Of a DNA stretch of 64,000 nucleotides, positions 46,142 through 56,867 are shown in pieces (within the stretch, counting starts at the first letter, position 1; each line of letters starts with the position of its first letter). The notes under the pieces are model-generated. The model was given only the letters and a program-made list of their open reading frames with translations, was not told the DNA's origin and did not search any database. A program made the translations under genes and the position numbers. This stretch comes from an uncultured Acidobacteriota bacterium (GTDB taxonomy: Bacteria; Acidobacteriota; Thermoanaerobaculia; Gp7-AA8), in assembly GCA_963822445.1 (NCBI GenBank), contig CAWGHO010000002.1, forward strand, positions 224,001 to 288,000, in the 5' to 3' direction.

Positions 46142-47950
46142 GGGCGGACGTTCGACTCGCCCCGTTCGCGGATCCCACCAGACGATTTTCCCCTCGCGAT
46201 CGATCCCCGCCAGCCGCGGTGCGTCGTAGCGGATCAGGCGCGGGTCGGTTCCCCATCCCCAGTCGGCGCTCTTCACGAAGGGAACGGTCTGCACGATCTC
46301 GCCGCGATCGGCGTCGACGATGAACTGGATGCGATCGGCGCCGGTGTGGCTCCAGCCCATCTGCTTCGTGCCGCGCACGAGGATCCGTCCGTCCGGCAGC
46401 TCGCCGGCGATCGACGCGATTTCCACCGGCAGGACGACCTCGCGTCCGCCGTAAATGCGTAATCGCGACCGCTTCCCTTCGCGCACCGTCTCCACCACCC
46501 GCCCGTCGCTGAGCACGGCAGTGTTGATCGTCTCGCGCTTCGGGAAACCGATCGGTGAGGTCGCCGTGCGGCCGTCGATGAGACGGCGCTCGCGTCGCAG
46601 GAAGATGCGCGATCCGTCATTCGACGCGGTCAACAGCGCACTCACGGGAAGCATCGTCTCGCCGGTCTTCACGACCTTCTTCAGCGCCACGTCGATCTCG
46701 AAGATCCGCAGCGGTCCGCCCTCGTTCCGGTAGGTCAGCTCGATCACCCGGAGAACGTCCTTCGAGGTGAAGAACATCAGGTGCCGGAGCCTGCGATCGA
46801 ATCCGCCGGCCGAGGCCAGGATCTTTCTCGTGGAGACGTCGTAAACCGTGACGAGCGGGCCCTGACCGATGGCCACTCGCGATCCATCATCGGCCAGGCA
46901 CATCGCCGAAAACGCACTGACGCGGATGCCGGTCGCGCCGCGATTGGTGTGCAGCTCGGACTCCTTCATCCAGATCCCGACCGGCTCGAACCACGCCGCT
47001 GCCCGCCCGTCGCGGGAGAACTGCATCTCCGACCAGGGCACCATCCCGATGCGCTTCCAGCCGCCTTTCCCGTCGATCAGGAACGACGCGCGGTAGTCGC
47101 CCCGCGCTTTCGTGCTGCCGCTGGCGAGGAGCCACTCCGCACCGGGTGACTGCCGCAGCTGCGCGATCTTCGACAGATCGGCCGGCGTCGGGTGGACGAC
47201 CCAGATCACATATCCAGCGACAACCGCGACGACCGCGAAAATCGACGGCCAGAGGAATCGAGACAGCGCGGCGTGGCTGCGGCGGATGTCGGTGCGGCCG
47301 TTCGCGAGCTGCCAGATCGGCGCGACGGCAAGGATGAGCAGAATCGCGACGCCGATGCCGGCGCCGAGAAACACCGTCAGCTCCAGCGCCGCCCCCGTCA
47401 GCAGCGGACGCGCGAGCGCCACGAGCGACGCGACGAGAATCGTGGCCATCACGAAATCGACGGCGATCAAAACCGATCGCGAGCGGATGATGCTGGCCAG
47501 GATGTGGACGAGGAAGAACAACACGATCACCGCCCCCGCGGTCATCGCCACGATCTCCCGCGCCGTCAGAAGCCACAGCGCCGGCCAGGCCTTGCCGATG
47601 GCTAATGCCGAGGGAATGGCGATGATCGCGAAGCAGGCGAAGCTGGAGAGGATCGAGGCCGTGGCCTTGCCGATCCACAGCGACGCCGGCGAGATGGGAC
47701 GGGAGAAGTAGAACGACAGGCGTCGCTCGGCCATGTCCCGCATGACCGTCGATCCGCCGAATGCCGCCGCCGATCCGAGGGCCATGGCCATCGCCAGGAA
47801 GCCGCTCACCGCACCGATGACGTCCGTGCGATCGTTCCGCGCGCCGGGCAGCAGCGTCGCCAGGAAGGGCAGCACTGCCAGCGCCGCGCAGACAGCGAAG
47901 AGACGCGACCGCTCGCGCAACTCACGCAAGGCGATGGTCACCGCGGTCAT
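46136..47950 (-). CDS. ABC-2-type permease-like membrane protein with C-terminal beta-rich domain
   Basis: IALRELRE, RLSFYFSRPIS...LWIGK, several TM helices; coupled to the ABC ATPase gene. Confidence 0.75.
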   Translation of the reverse strand: MTAVTIALRELRERSRLFAVCAALAVLPFLATLLPGARNDRTDVIGAVSGFLAMAMALGSAAAFGGSTVMRDMAERRLSFYFSRPISPASLWIGKATASILSSFACFAIIAIPSALAIGKAWPALWLLTAREIVAMTAGAVIVLFFLVHILASIIRSRSVLIAVDFVMATILVASLVALARPLLTGAALELTVFLGAGIGVAILLILAVAPIWQLANGRTDIRRSHAALSRFLWPSIFAVVAVVAGYVIWVVHPTPADLSKIAQLRQSPGAEWLLASGSTKARGDYRASFLIDGKGGWKRIGMVPWSEMQFSRDGRAAAWFEPVGIWMKESELHTNRGATGIRVSAFSAMCLADDGSRVAIGQGPLVTVYDVSTRKILASAGGFDRRLRHLMFFTSKDVLRVIELTYRNEGGPLRIFEIDVALKKVVKTGETMLPVSALLTASNDGSRIFLRRERRLIDGRTATSPIGFPKRETINTAVLSDGRVVETVREGKRSRLRIYGGREVVLPVEIASIAGELPDGRILVRGTKQMGWSHTGADRIQFIVDADRGEIVQTVPFVKSADWGWGTDPRLIRYDAPRLAGIDREGKIVWWDPRTGRVERPPV

Positions 47951-48798
47951 CGTCCTTCTCCAGTCAGCGCGATGAAGATCTCCTCGAGCGACATCGCCGA
48001 AACCTGGGCATCAACCGGCGTCCGCCCGTCCTCGTAATTCGTGATCACCGCCTCGGTCCCGCTCCCCCACTGCCGCACACCCGTCGTTTCCAGGCCGGCC
48101 AGTGCTTCGGGCTTGCCGGCGAAGCGGATGCGGCGGAACCGCGCCTTCACGGCTTCCATGTCTTCGTCGAGGACGAGCTTCCCGCCGCGCAGCACGCCGA
48201 TGCGATCGGCGATCGATTCGACGGCGTCGAGATCGTGGGTCGTGATCAGCACAGTGATGCCGTGGTCGGCCATGTCCGCGATGACTTCCTCGAACAGCGA
48301 CTTGCGGGCGACGACGTCGAGGCCGAGGGTCGGGTCGTCGAGGATCAGCAGCTTCGGTGAGCCGGCCAGGGCCAGGGCCAGCATCACCTGCTTGCGCTGC
48401 CCTTTCGAAAGCTCGCCGAAGCGGCTTTTCGGGTCGATGGCGAACCGCTCCAGCCGCGCGTCGAATGACGGCTGCCGCCATTGCGAATAGAGTCGCGCTG
48501 AGAACGATGCGAGATCGCGGACACGCATCTCCGGCGGCGCATCCGGCTCTTCGCCGACGATGCCAACGCGATCCATCAGCTTCGCCCGTCGCGTCCAGAC
48601 GTCCTCGCCGAAGAGCTCCACGCGGCCACGGTTTGGGCGGAGATGGCCGAGGAGACAGCGCACCAGCGAGGACTTGCCGGCGCCGTTGCGGCCGAGGAGC
48701 GCGTAGACCGACCCGGTGGGAACGGCGAGCGTCACGTCATCGACCGCGGTCTTCTTTCCGAAGCGGACGGTGATGCCGTTCGCCTGAATGACGGTCAT
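47947..48798 (-). CDS. ABC transporter ATP-binding protein (YtrB-like)
   Basis: GRNGAGKS, LSKGQ, LILDDPT, ITTH. Confidence 0.93.
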   Translation of the reverse strand: MTVIQANGITVRFGKKTAVDDVTLAVPTGSVYALLGRNGAGKSSLVRCLLGHLRPNRGRVELFGEDVWTRRAKLMDRVGIVGEEPDAPPEMRVRDLASFSARLYSQWRQPSFDARLERFAIDPKSRFGELSKGQRKQVMLALALAGSPKLLILDDPTLGLDVVARKSLFEEVIADMADHGITVLITTHDLDAVESIADRIGVLRGGKLVLDEDMEAVKARFRRIRFAGKPEALAGLETTGVRQWGSGTEAVITNYEDGRTPVDAQVSAMSLEEIFIALTGEGR

Positions 48799-49190
48799 GC
48801 CTTCCTCCGCGTCTCGCGAAGAAGGCGCTGGAAGCTGTGCTCCAGCTCCGTGGAGGCTTCTCCGAGCTCCGCGCCGACCGAGAGTGCCGTGCCGGCGTAG
48901 CGCGTGGCCGCATCGCGCAAGGTCTCGTTGCGCTCCGATTTCTTGAGCTGCGCCGGCTCTGCCGCGACGAACGTGCCCTCCCCTCGCCGCACCGCGAAAA
49001 CACCGGCGTCGGTCAGCCGCTGGTAGGCGCGGGCCACTGTGTTCGGATTGACGCGCAGGTCGCGCGCGAGGTCGCGCACGGAGGGGACGGAGTCGCCCGG
49101 CGAGAGCGTGCCGAGGGAGATCATCCGGCGCATCCCTTCCTCGATCTGCCGCCAGATCGGGGCCGCGTCGGACGGGTTGATGTCGAACAC
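48795..49190 (-). CDS. GntR family regulator, YtrA subfamily
   Basis: PIWRQI, PSVRDLA..LRVNPNTVARAY, RRGEGTFV; short C-terminal domain. Confidence 0.93.
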   Translation of the reverse strand: MFDINPSDAAPIWRQIEEGMRRMISLGTLSPGDSVPSVRDLARDLRVNPNTVARAYQRLTDAGVFAVRRGEGTFVAAEPAQLKKSERNETLRDAATRYAGTALSVGAELGEASTELEHSFQRLLRETRRKA

Positions 49191-49198
49191 GGAGCGCA

Positions 49199-49220
49199 GT
49201 GTACTACAGGCTTAGTACAC
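49199..49220. promoter_or_regulatory. YtrA-type operator palindrome
   Basis: GTGTACTA-N6-TAGTACAC, 8 nt upstream of the GntR start. Confidence 0.8.
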
Positions 49221-49233
49221 CGGCCCGGTGAAC

Positions 49234-50496
49234 TTACTTGCAACCGACCGTCTTGATCGCGTCGGAGCCGTTGACTGCCTGATCGCTCGTGGTCTCGCCG
49301 GTCAGCGAAACGCTGGTCGCGCCGCAGAGGATCGCGGCGGTGGGCGCGTCGAAGTGCAGGAGCAGATCGTCGTCGCCGTCGCTGTCGACGTCGCTGACAT
49401 GGCCTGTGCCGTGACTTTCGGAGGCATTGCCCGGCCCGAAGCGAACCGTCGCCACATCGACCGTCGTCGCGTCGAATGACGGCGTGGTGTAGATGACCAC
49501 CGGGATGACGCCGCGCGCGCGAGGGTTGATCGAGGGCGGGATGACGTTGATCGAAACGGTGATCACCGCCGGCGGAGCCGCGGACGGCTCGAAGGCCAGG
49601 CCCTGGAAGAACTGGAAGGCGCTGCCGGAGATCGTCGGGGAGCTCACGAGCGCGCCGGTCGCGGTATCGACGGTGTAGATGCGCGAGTCCGGATCGCCCG
49701 AAGGCGTGGCCACGAAGTAGAAGCGGTTGCCGGCGCCGTCGAGCGCGGTCACGCCGCTGGCGATGCCGAGCGAAGGGCCGATGCTCGGGCTGATCACGGT
49801 CGCGGTGCCGGTCGCCGGATCGAGCGCGACGACCTGCTTCCCGCCGTCGGCGAGCGGCGTCCGCAATGCGTACAGGATGTTGTCCGCTTCGTCGTATTCG
49901 AGGCCGGTGATCGACGCGGAAGGGTCGACGACCGGCGAGGAAAGGATCGCGCCGGTGACTGTGCTCAGGGTGTAAAGCCGCTGATCGGTCTCGGAGCTGG
50001 CGGTTCCGGCGAAGAAGAAGCGATTGCCCGCGGAGTCGAGTGTCGTGACGCCGGAAGGCATACCGATGGCGACGGACGTCGGGCCGATCGCGGTGGCCGT
50101 CCCCGTAGCGATGTTGTACTGCACGACCTGTTTGCCCGCCGATGCCGCCGGCGTGCGAAGGCCGTACAGCACGTCTTCGCTCTCGTCGTATTCGAGACCC
50201 TGCACGCTCGTCGAGGCTTCGATGACCGGCTGGCTGAGCACGGCGCCGCTGTTCGTGTCGACGGTGTACAGCCGGGGGGTCGTCTCCGCGCCGGGCGTGC
50301 CAGCGAAGAAGAAGCGGTTGCCGTCGCGATCGAGGGCGACGACGCCCGACGGCGTTCCATTCGGCGGATCGATCGAGGCGCTGATCGTGGAGATGGCCGC
50401 GGTGGAAGGATCGATGGTGACGAGCTGCCGGCCGCCATCACCGGGGTTGCGCAGGCCGAACAGGGTGGAAAAGAGCAGCATGCAGGCGAGTCGCAT
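49234..50496 (-). CDS. Secreted beta-propeller-like repeat protein with C-terminal beta-sandwich
   Basis: About three ~100-aa repeats (SGV..LD..GNRF.F, GLEYDE....LY.LRTP); DVDSDGDDDL motif. Confidence 0.72.
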   Translation of the reverse strand: MRLACMLLFSTLFGLRNPGDGGRQLVTIDPSTAAISTISASIDPPNGTPSGVVALDRDGNRFFFAGTPGAETTPRLYTVDTNSGAVLSQPVIEASTSVQGLEYDESEDVLYGLRTPAASAGKQVVQYNIATGTATAIGPTSVAIGMPSGVTTLDSAGNRFFFAGTASSETDQRLYTLSTVTGAILSSPVVDPSASITGLEYDEADNILYALRTPLADGGKQVVALDPATGTATVISPSIGPSLGIASGVTALDGAGNRFYFVATPSGDPDSRIYTVDTATGALVSSPTISGSAFQFFQGLAFEPSAAPPAVITVSINVIPPSINPRARGVIPVVIYTTPSFDATTVDVATVRFGPGNASESHGTGHVSDVDSDGDDDLLLHFDAPTAAILCGATSVSLTGETTSDQAVNGSDAIKTVGCK

Positions 50497-50517
50497 GCTG
50501 CGATTGTAGGCTGTGTC

Positions 50518-50579
50518 GTGTGGTGCAGGCCTCAGGCCTGCCTTTGAGACGCAAGGCAGGCCTGAGGCCTGCACCACAC
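50518..50579. repeat. REP-like palindrome family A, copy 3
   Basis: GTGTGGTGCAGGCCTCAGGCCTGCCTT...AAGGCAGGCCTGAGGCCTGCACCACAC. Confidence 0.9.
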
Positions 50580-50584
50580 CGGAA

Positions 50585-53500
50585 CTACGTCGTTACCGCG
50601 TCAGCGATCTCCGCTTCCTCTTCCACCCGCGCCGGCCGCCGCCGCTTGAACCACTCCTGCACGTCGTCGAAGATCGAGTAGAGCACCGGCGTCGCCAGAA
50701 GGGTCAGCAGCAGCACGAGCGTCTGCCCGCCGATGATCGTCGAGCCGATGGCGCGGTTCGTCGCCGCACCGGTTCCGCTCGAGACGACCAGCGGAACCAT
50801 GCCCGCGACGAAGGCGATGGTGGTCATCAGGATGGGCCGCAGACGATCGCGGTTCGCCTCGCGGATCGCCTCCGCCCGCTCCATGCCCCGCTCGCGGAGC
50901 TGGTTGGTGTGGTCGACCTGCAGAATGGAGTTCTTCTTGACGATGCCGAAGAGCACGACGATGCCCAGCGCCGAGAAGATGTTGATCGATTCATTGAGGA
51001 TGACCATCGAGAACAGCGCGAACGGCACGGTCATCGGCAGCGACAGCAGAATCGTGATCGGGTGAACCCAGCTCTCGAACTGCGCCGCCAGGATCAGGTA
51101 CATGAAGATGATCGACAGGGCGAAGGCGAGCATGAAGTTCATACCCATCTCCTGCTGCTCCTTCGCGCGGCCGGTGAAGCCGTACGAGAAACCCTTGGGC
51201 ATGTTCAGCTTCGCGGCGTTCTCCTCCAGCAGTTTCATGACCGTGGCGCGATGAGTGGCCGGGCTGCATGTTGGCGAGGACCATGACCATGCGCCGCCGG
51301 TTGTAGCGGTTGATGACCGACGGTCCGGTGCCTTCTTCCATCTTCACGAGGTCGGCGAGCTTCACGTTCGCGCCCGTCGCCGCCGGAACCTCGATCTGGG
51401 AGATGCCGGCGACGTTGCGCCGCGCCACTTCGTCGGCGCGCACGTGCACTTCGTACTCTTCGCCGCCCTCGTAGTAGCTGGTGGCCTGCTGTCCGCCGAC
51501 GAGCACGTTCAGCGTCGCGGCGAGGTCCTGCACGCGAACGCCCAGGTCGGTGGCCTTGTCGCGGTCGATGCGCACGGCCAGCTCCGGCTTGCCGACGATG
51601 AAGTTCGTGTCGACGTCGGTCGTGCCCAGCTTCGGGTCCTTGATCGCCGTGGTGAGCTCCTTCGCGTACTTGTCGAGCTGCCACGAGGTCGGGCCCGCCG
51701 ATCCAGAACATCACCTCGGCATCAGTACCGCCGCCGAACTCGTTCACTGGCGCGACCTGCGTGCGCAGGTTCAGGCGCTGGTACTGCGGAAGCACTTCCT
51801 TGCGCACGCGATCCATGAGCACGTACTGATCTTCACGCTGGGCCGCGGGGCCGAGCTTCACGAAGACGGTGCCGAGGTTGAGGGTCTGCTGCGGATCGTC
51901 GCCGATGGTCACGACCGTGTTGGTGATGCCGGGGATCTTGCGAGTCGCGGCTGGCGATCGACTCGAGGATGGTCATGGTCGTGTCCACGCTCGAGCCTTC
52001 CGGCGCGCGGACGGTGATGGCGAACTGCCCTTCGTCGTCGTACGGCAGGAAGGTCTTGTCGACGATTCCGAACAACCCCGAACGGGAAGACGATCGAAAT
52101 GAAGACGAGGAACATGAGCGTGATGATCACCCAGCGATGGGCCATCGACCAGTCGAGCAGCTTCATGTACGTCCGCTCGATGACCGCGTACAAACCCTTC
52201 TCGCGTGTGCCTTCGTGATGCAGGTCTTCGCGGCGCAGGTAGCGCGCCGCCATCATCGGCGTCAGCGTGAACGACACCAGCAGCGAGACGGCGATGGCGA
52301 AGGCCATGGTCACGCCGAACGAGTACATGAACCGTCCCACGATGCCGGCCATGAACGCGACCGGCAGGAAGACGACGATCAGCGACATCGATGTGGCCAT
52401 GACCGCGAGCCCGACTTCCTTCGTGCCCGCGACCGCCGCTTCGGCCGGCGACATGTGCTTCTCTTCCATGTGCCGGAAGATGTTCTCGAGCACGACCACG
52501 GCGTCGTCGATGACGATACCGACCGCCAGCGTCAGCGCGAGCAGCGTGATGATGTTGAGGGTGAAGCCCATGTACGACATCGCCGCGAACGTGGCGACGA
52601 GCGAGCTGGGGATCGCCACCGCGGCGATGAGCGTAGGTCGCGATTTCTTCGCGAAGTACAGGAACATCCCGATGCCGATCACGAAGGCGAGCGGAATCCC
52701 GATCGCTTTCGGCACCGGAATGGTGTGACCCCAGACCAGGGTGTAGAGGAGCAGCGTCGCGCCGACCATCAGCAGCACGGTCCAGAAGCGCGGCGAGGAG
52801 AGGAAGAGCCAGACGATGAGCGCGGCGAAGATCGAGCCGAGGATCAGATGCTCTTTGACGGCGCCGACCGCGGCCAGGACGAACTCGGACTGGTCGCGGA
52901 TGATGTCGAGCTTGTAGCCGGCCGGAATCTGCGGCGTGATCTCTTCGACGCGCTCTTTGATGCCCTCGACGACCTCGATGGCGTTCGTGCCGGACTGCTT
53001 GCGGATCTGCACGACGACCGCCGACTTGCCGCCGACCGTCGCCGCCGACTCGACCTCGGACATGCTGTCGTCGATGCGCGCCACGTCGCGGATGCGAACG
53101 GCGTACCGCCGACGTTGGCGACCGGGATGTTGCCGAACTCCTCCGGCGAGGACACGCGGCCGTAAGTGCGCAGCGTGAGATCGCGCTGCCCCTGCTCGAC
53201 TTTGCCGCCGGGGATCTGGATGTTCTGCGCCTGCAGCGCGGCCATGACCTGCGCCGCGGTGAGACCCTGCGCGGTCAGCTTGGCGTTGTCGACGATGACG
53301 TTGATCTGCCGCGGCCGCGCGCCGATGACCAGCACCTGGCCGACGCCGCTGACGGTCTCCAGACGGCGGCGGAGGTCCTTGTCGACGTATTCGGAGATGT
53401 CGCGCTGCGAGCCGGGACCGGAGACGGCGATGGTCACGACCGGAATCGCGCCGGGATCGAAGTTCTGCACGATCGGCGGCTCGGCGTCGGTCGGCAGATC

Positions 53501-53856
53501 GCCGCCGGATCGTCGAGATCTTGTCGCGCACTTCCTGTGTCGCGACGTCGCGATCCTTATCGAGATCGAACGAGATCATGACCACTGAGACGTTCTCGGA
53601 CGAGAACGAGGTCAGCTCGTTGATGCCGCTGATGGTGTTGACCGCTTCCTCGATCTTGTCGGTGAGCTCGGTCTCGATCTCCTCCGGCGCGGCGCCGGGA
53701 AGGACCGTCGTCACGATGACGAACGGGAACTCGACGTTCGGGAAAGCGATCGACGCCGAGCTTGAGGTACGAGAACGCGCCGATGACGACCAGCGACAGG
53801 ATGATGACGGTCGCGAAGACGGGACGGCGAACGCAGATTTCAGCGAGTTTTTGCAT
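50585..53856 (-). pseudogene. RND (AcrB/AcrD/AcrF) efflux permease, multiply frameshifted (pseudogene or sequencing error)
   Basis: [54 protein letters not shown] spread over several frames. Confidence 0.88.
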
Positions 53857-53861
53857 GGGAA

Positions 53862-54761
53862 TCAGTCCAATCGCGCTTCAACACGCGCAAACAATCCCGG
53901 CCGCAACCTTCCATCACGATTCGCAAACTCCGCCTCGGCGAACATGGTCCGCGTCTTCGGATCGATCACGCCGCCCACGGTCTTGATGGTGCCGGTGAAT
54001 GCTTCATTCGGATACGGATCGACCTTCGCGCTGACGTTGTCGCCGGCTTTGATCTGGCCGAGGTAGCGCTCGGGGACCTGGAAGCGGAGGCGGATCGGCG
54101 AGAGCTGCACGACCACGAAGGCCACGCCGCCGTCGCCGAGGCGCGCGCCGATCTCGGTCCGTTTCTCGGCCACGATGCCCGTGACGGGCGAGCGCAGCGT
54201 CGAGTCGGCGATCTGCTGGCGGAGCAGGTCGGCCTGCGCGGACGCGGCCGAGTAGCCGGCCCGGGCCTGGTCGTACACGGCCTGCGAGCGATCGTACGTC
54301 GCCTGCGGAATCGAGTCCTTGCCGGCCAGTTCCTTCTTGCGCGCGAGATCGCGGGTGGCCTCATCGAGGGCCGCCTTCGCGCGCGCGATCTCCGCCTGCG
54401 CCGAGCGGAGATTGAGATTGAGGTAGTCCGATTCGAGCTGGAGCACCGGCTGCCCGCGCGTCACGCGGGAGCCTTCGTCGACGTACATGCGCGCGACGCG
54501 GCCGGGCAGCTTCGCCGACAGCTCGGAACGCACCGGCGAGACGAACTCGCCCGTCGCCGTCAGCAGATTCGGATCGGCCGCGGTCGTCGTTTCGGACGTC
54601 GTGGTCGACGCGGTTGCGACGGACTGCACATCGGCAGGAAGCGGCGGCGCTTCCGCTGACGTGGTGGCGGTCGTCGTGGTCGTATCGGCTTTCGATTCCT
54701 CGCTCGAGCAACGCACGAGGACGAAAAGGGTCAGGATCAGGATGAGAGAGCGTTTAGTCAT
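53862..54761 (-). CDS. RND periplasmic adaptor (membrane fusion protein)
   Basis: [32 protein letters not shown]. Confidence 0.92.
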   Translation of the reverse strand: MTKRSLILILTLFVLVRCSSEESKADTTTTTATTSAEAPPLPADVQSVATASTTTSETTTAADPNLLTATGEFVSPVRSELSAKLPGRVARMYVDEGSRVTRGQPVLQLESDYLNLNLRSAQAEIARAKAALDEATRDLARKKELAGKDSIPQATYDRSQAVYDQARAGYSAASAQADLLRQQIADSTLRSPVTGIVAEKRTEIGARLGDGGVAFVVVQLSPIRLRFQVPERYLGQIKAGDNVSAKVDPYPNEAFTGTIKTVGGVIDPKTRTMFAEAEFANRDGRLRPGLFARVEARLD

Positions 54762-56058
54762 CGAGTCACTCCAACTGCTTCTTTGATGGATCCCGCCGCG
54801 TACCAGACGCGGAGCTCGGCGAGATCGCGATTCAACGTTTCTTCAGCAACAGCGCGGCGGGCGTCGGCCAGCGAAGTCTCCGACGTGGCGACGTCGAGCG
54901 AGGTCGCCTCCTGCGCGCGATACAGCTCGAAGGCCTGTTCGTACTCCGCTTCCGCGGCGGCAACCTGTTCTTTCGCGAGCTGCAGGCCGACTTCGGCGGC
55001 GCGCAGATCGGCGATGGCGCGATTCACATCCTCGCGCGCGCCGAGCTTCGCTTCCTCGAGCGCGATTTCGGCCTGCTTCTCCCGCGATCTTGCACCGGCC
55101 ACGCGCGCGATCACCTCGCCCGACTGGAAGATCGGGGCGTTGAAGCGCAGCGCGCCGTACGAATAGCGATCGGCGGGGAAGGGCGTCTTCTGGTTGATCC
55201 AGCCGCCGTCGAAGGTGACGGTCGGGTACCAGAAGCCGCGCTGTTTCTTGACCTCCAACTGAGCGATGCGCACGTTGTTCTCGGCGATGTCGACGTCCGG
55301 ACGCGCCGTCGTGGCGCGCGCGATCAACGACTCCGTCGCCGGCAGCGCCGGCAATGCGTCCACCGGCGGCGTGACTTCGATCGGACCGTCGAGATCGAGA
55401 TCGATGCGCAACTGCGCCGCGGCATGCTCGCGCTGCTGCGAGGCGACCGCGGCCACGCGCTGCGCGGCCTTGATGGCCGTCTCGGCGCGGAAGACGTCCA
55501 CTTTCGTGACTTCACCGGCCTCGAAGAATGCCTGCGACTGGGCGAGGCGTTTTTCGGCGAGCTCAATGTTGCGCTTCTCCACTTCGACACGCCGATCGGC
55601 ATTGACGACCGCGAGGTAGCTCGAAGCCACCCGCAGCAGCACGCCATCCTCGGTCAACTGCGCGCCTTCGATCGCGTTCTCGATGCCGATCTTGGCCTGC
55701 GAATACGCGCGCAACTCGCGCCGTCCGGCGAAGATCGGCTGGGAGAGCACGAGCTGATACGCCCAGTCGTTGCGCGGGAGGATCGTGAATTCGTCTTCCC
55801 CTTCTCCGCCGCCGAAGGTCTGGGTCGATGCTGTTGCGGGTCAGGTTTCCCTGCAGGGTGATCCGAGGCATGACCGCGGAGAGGTAGCCCGCTCTTGTAG
55901 GCCTCGGCGTAATCGATGTCGTGACGGGCGCGCTCCACGACGTTGTTGACTTCGAGCGCGCGCTTGAGCGCTTCGTCGAACGTCAGGCGCGTCTGCGCTT
56001 CACTCGCCGCCGCGGCTAGCGCGACGATCAGAAATGCTGCAATTCGTTTCAACTTCAA
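54758..56058 (-). pseudogene. TolC-family outer-membrane protein, frameshifted near the 5' end
   Basis: LTFDEALKRALE in one frame, LSQPIFAG...VASSYL...PIFQSG in another. Confidence 0.82.
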
Positions 56059-56678
56059 CTCCGTTTCCGAATGCCGTCGAGGATGAAGCCGGCGATGAGA
56101 TCGGCGTCCGTTGACTCATCGCCCGCCGAGTCCTCTGTCAAACGATCGAGGATGATTGCGGTGCTCCCTTCGATGATGAAGAGAGCGAGTTTGTAAGGGT
56201 CTGCGCGGCGGACCTCGCCGCGGTCCATTGCTTTGGTGAGAACGTCGGCCAGCTTCTCGGCGCGGCCGCGATACTGCGGCTGGCAATGCTGCTTCTGCCG
56301 CCGCTGCCGCCCCGCCGGCCCCTCGGGCATCCGCAGCGAGAGGTAGAGGCGGAAGAACTCGCGATTCGCGTTAAAGAAGGAGAACTTCGCGGCCATCACC
56401 GCGCGGATCTTCTGCTCGAAGGGGATGTCGAGATCGAGCGCTTCGTCGATGCGCGCCGTCAGCGTGTGCATCGCCGTTTCGAAGGTCTTCTCGACCAGCT
56501 CGTCGCGATCGCGGAAGTAGAGGTAGATCGTCCCCTTGGCCACGCCGGCCTCTTCGGCGATCTCCTGCATCGTCGCCGCGGCCATGCCTTTGCGGGCGAT
56601 GACGCGCATCGTGGCGTCCTGGATCGACTGGATCCGGAACTCCTGGACGACTTCTTCTTTCGATTTGGATTGCTGCAT
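56055..56678 (-). CDS. TetR/AcrR family regulator
   Basis: ATMQEIAEEAGVAKGTIYLYFRDRDEL. Confidence 0.95.
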   Translation of the reverse strand: MQQSKSKEEVVQEFRIQSIQDATMRVIARKGMAAATMQEIAEEAGVAKGTIYLYFRDRDELVEKTFETAMHTLTARIDEALDLDIPFEQKIRAVMAAKFSFFNANREFFRLYLSLRMPEGPAGRQRRQKQHCQPQYRGRAEKLADVLTKAMDRGEVRRADPYKLALFIIEGSTAIILDRLTEDSAGDESTDADLIAGFILDGIRKRS

Positions 56679-56703
56679 GCTTGCGAACCGATGGGTTCAG
56701 GTC

Positions 56704-56721
56704 ACTGAACGGACGGTCAGT
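56704..56721. promoter_or_regulatory. Putative TetR operator
   Basis: Imperfect palindrome ACTGAACGGACGGTCAGT 25 nt upstream of tetR; second CGGTCAGT half-site at about 56735-56742. Confidence 0.55.
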
Positions 56722-56767
56722 CAATCAGAATTCACGGTCAGTGGCAAGTAAACAAGCGGTGAATTGG

Positions 56768-56854
56768 AGTGATTAGTGGTTAGTCGTTAGTCGTTAGTAG
56801 ATCCGTGGGGGCAGGGCGCCTACTAACGACTAATCACTAACGACTAACGACTAG
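56768..56854. repeat. Heptamer-arm inverted repeat element (AGTCGTT)n...(AACGACT)n
   Basis: Four heptamers + AGTAG, spacer, CTACT + four complementary heptamers. Confidence 0.88.
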
Positions 56855-56867
56855 AATCGCCTCTCGC

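Noticed and set aside
46078-46323. Small ORFs starting in palindromes (MWASGLP..., also MVQASGLP at 50577)
   Set aside because: Translations of family A repeat DNA, not independent genes
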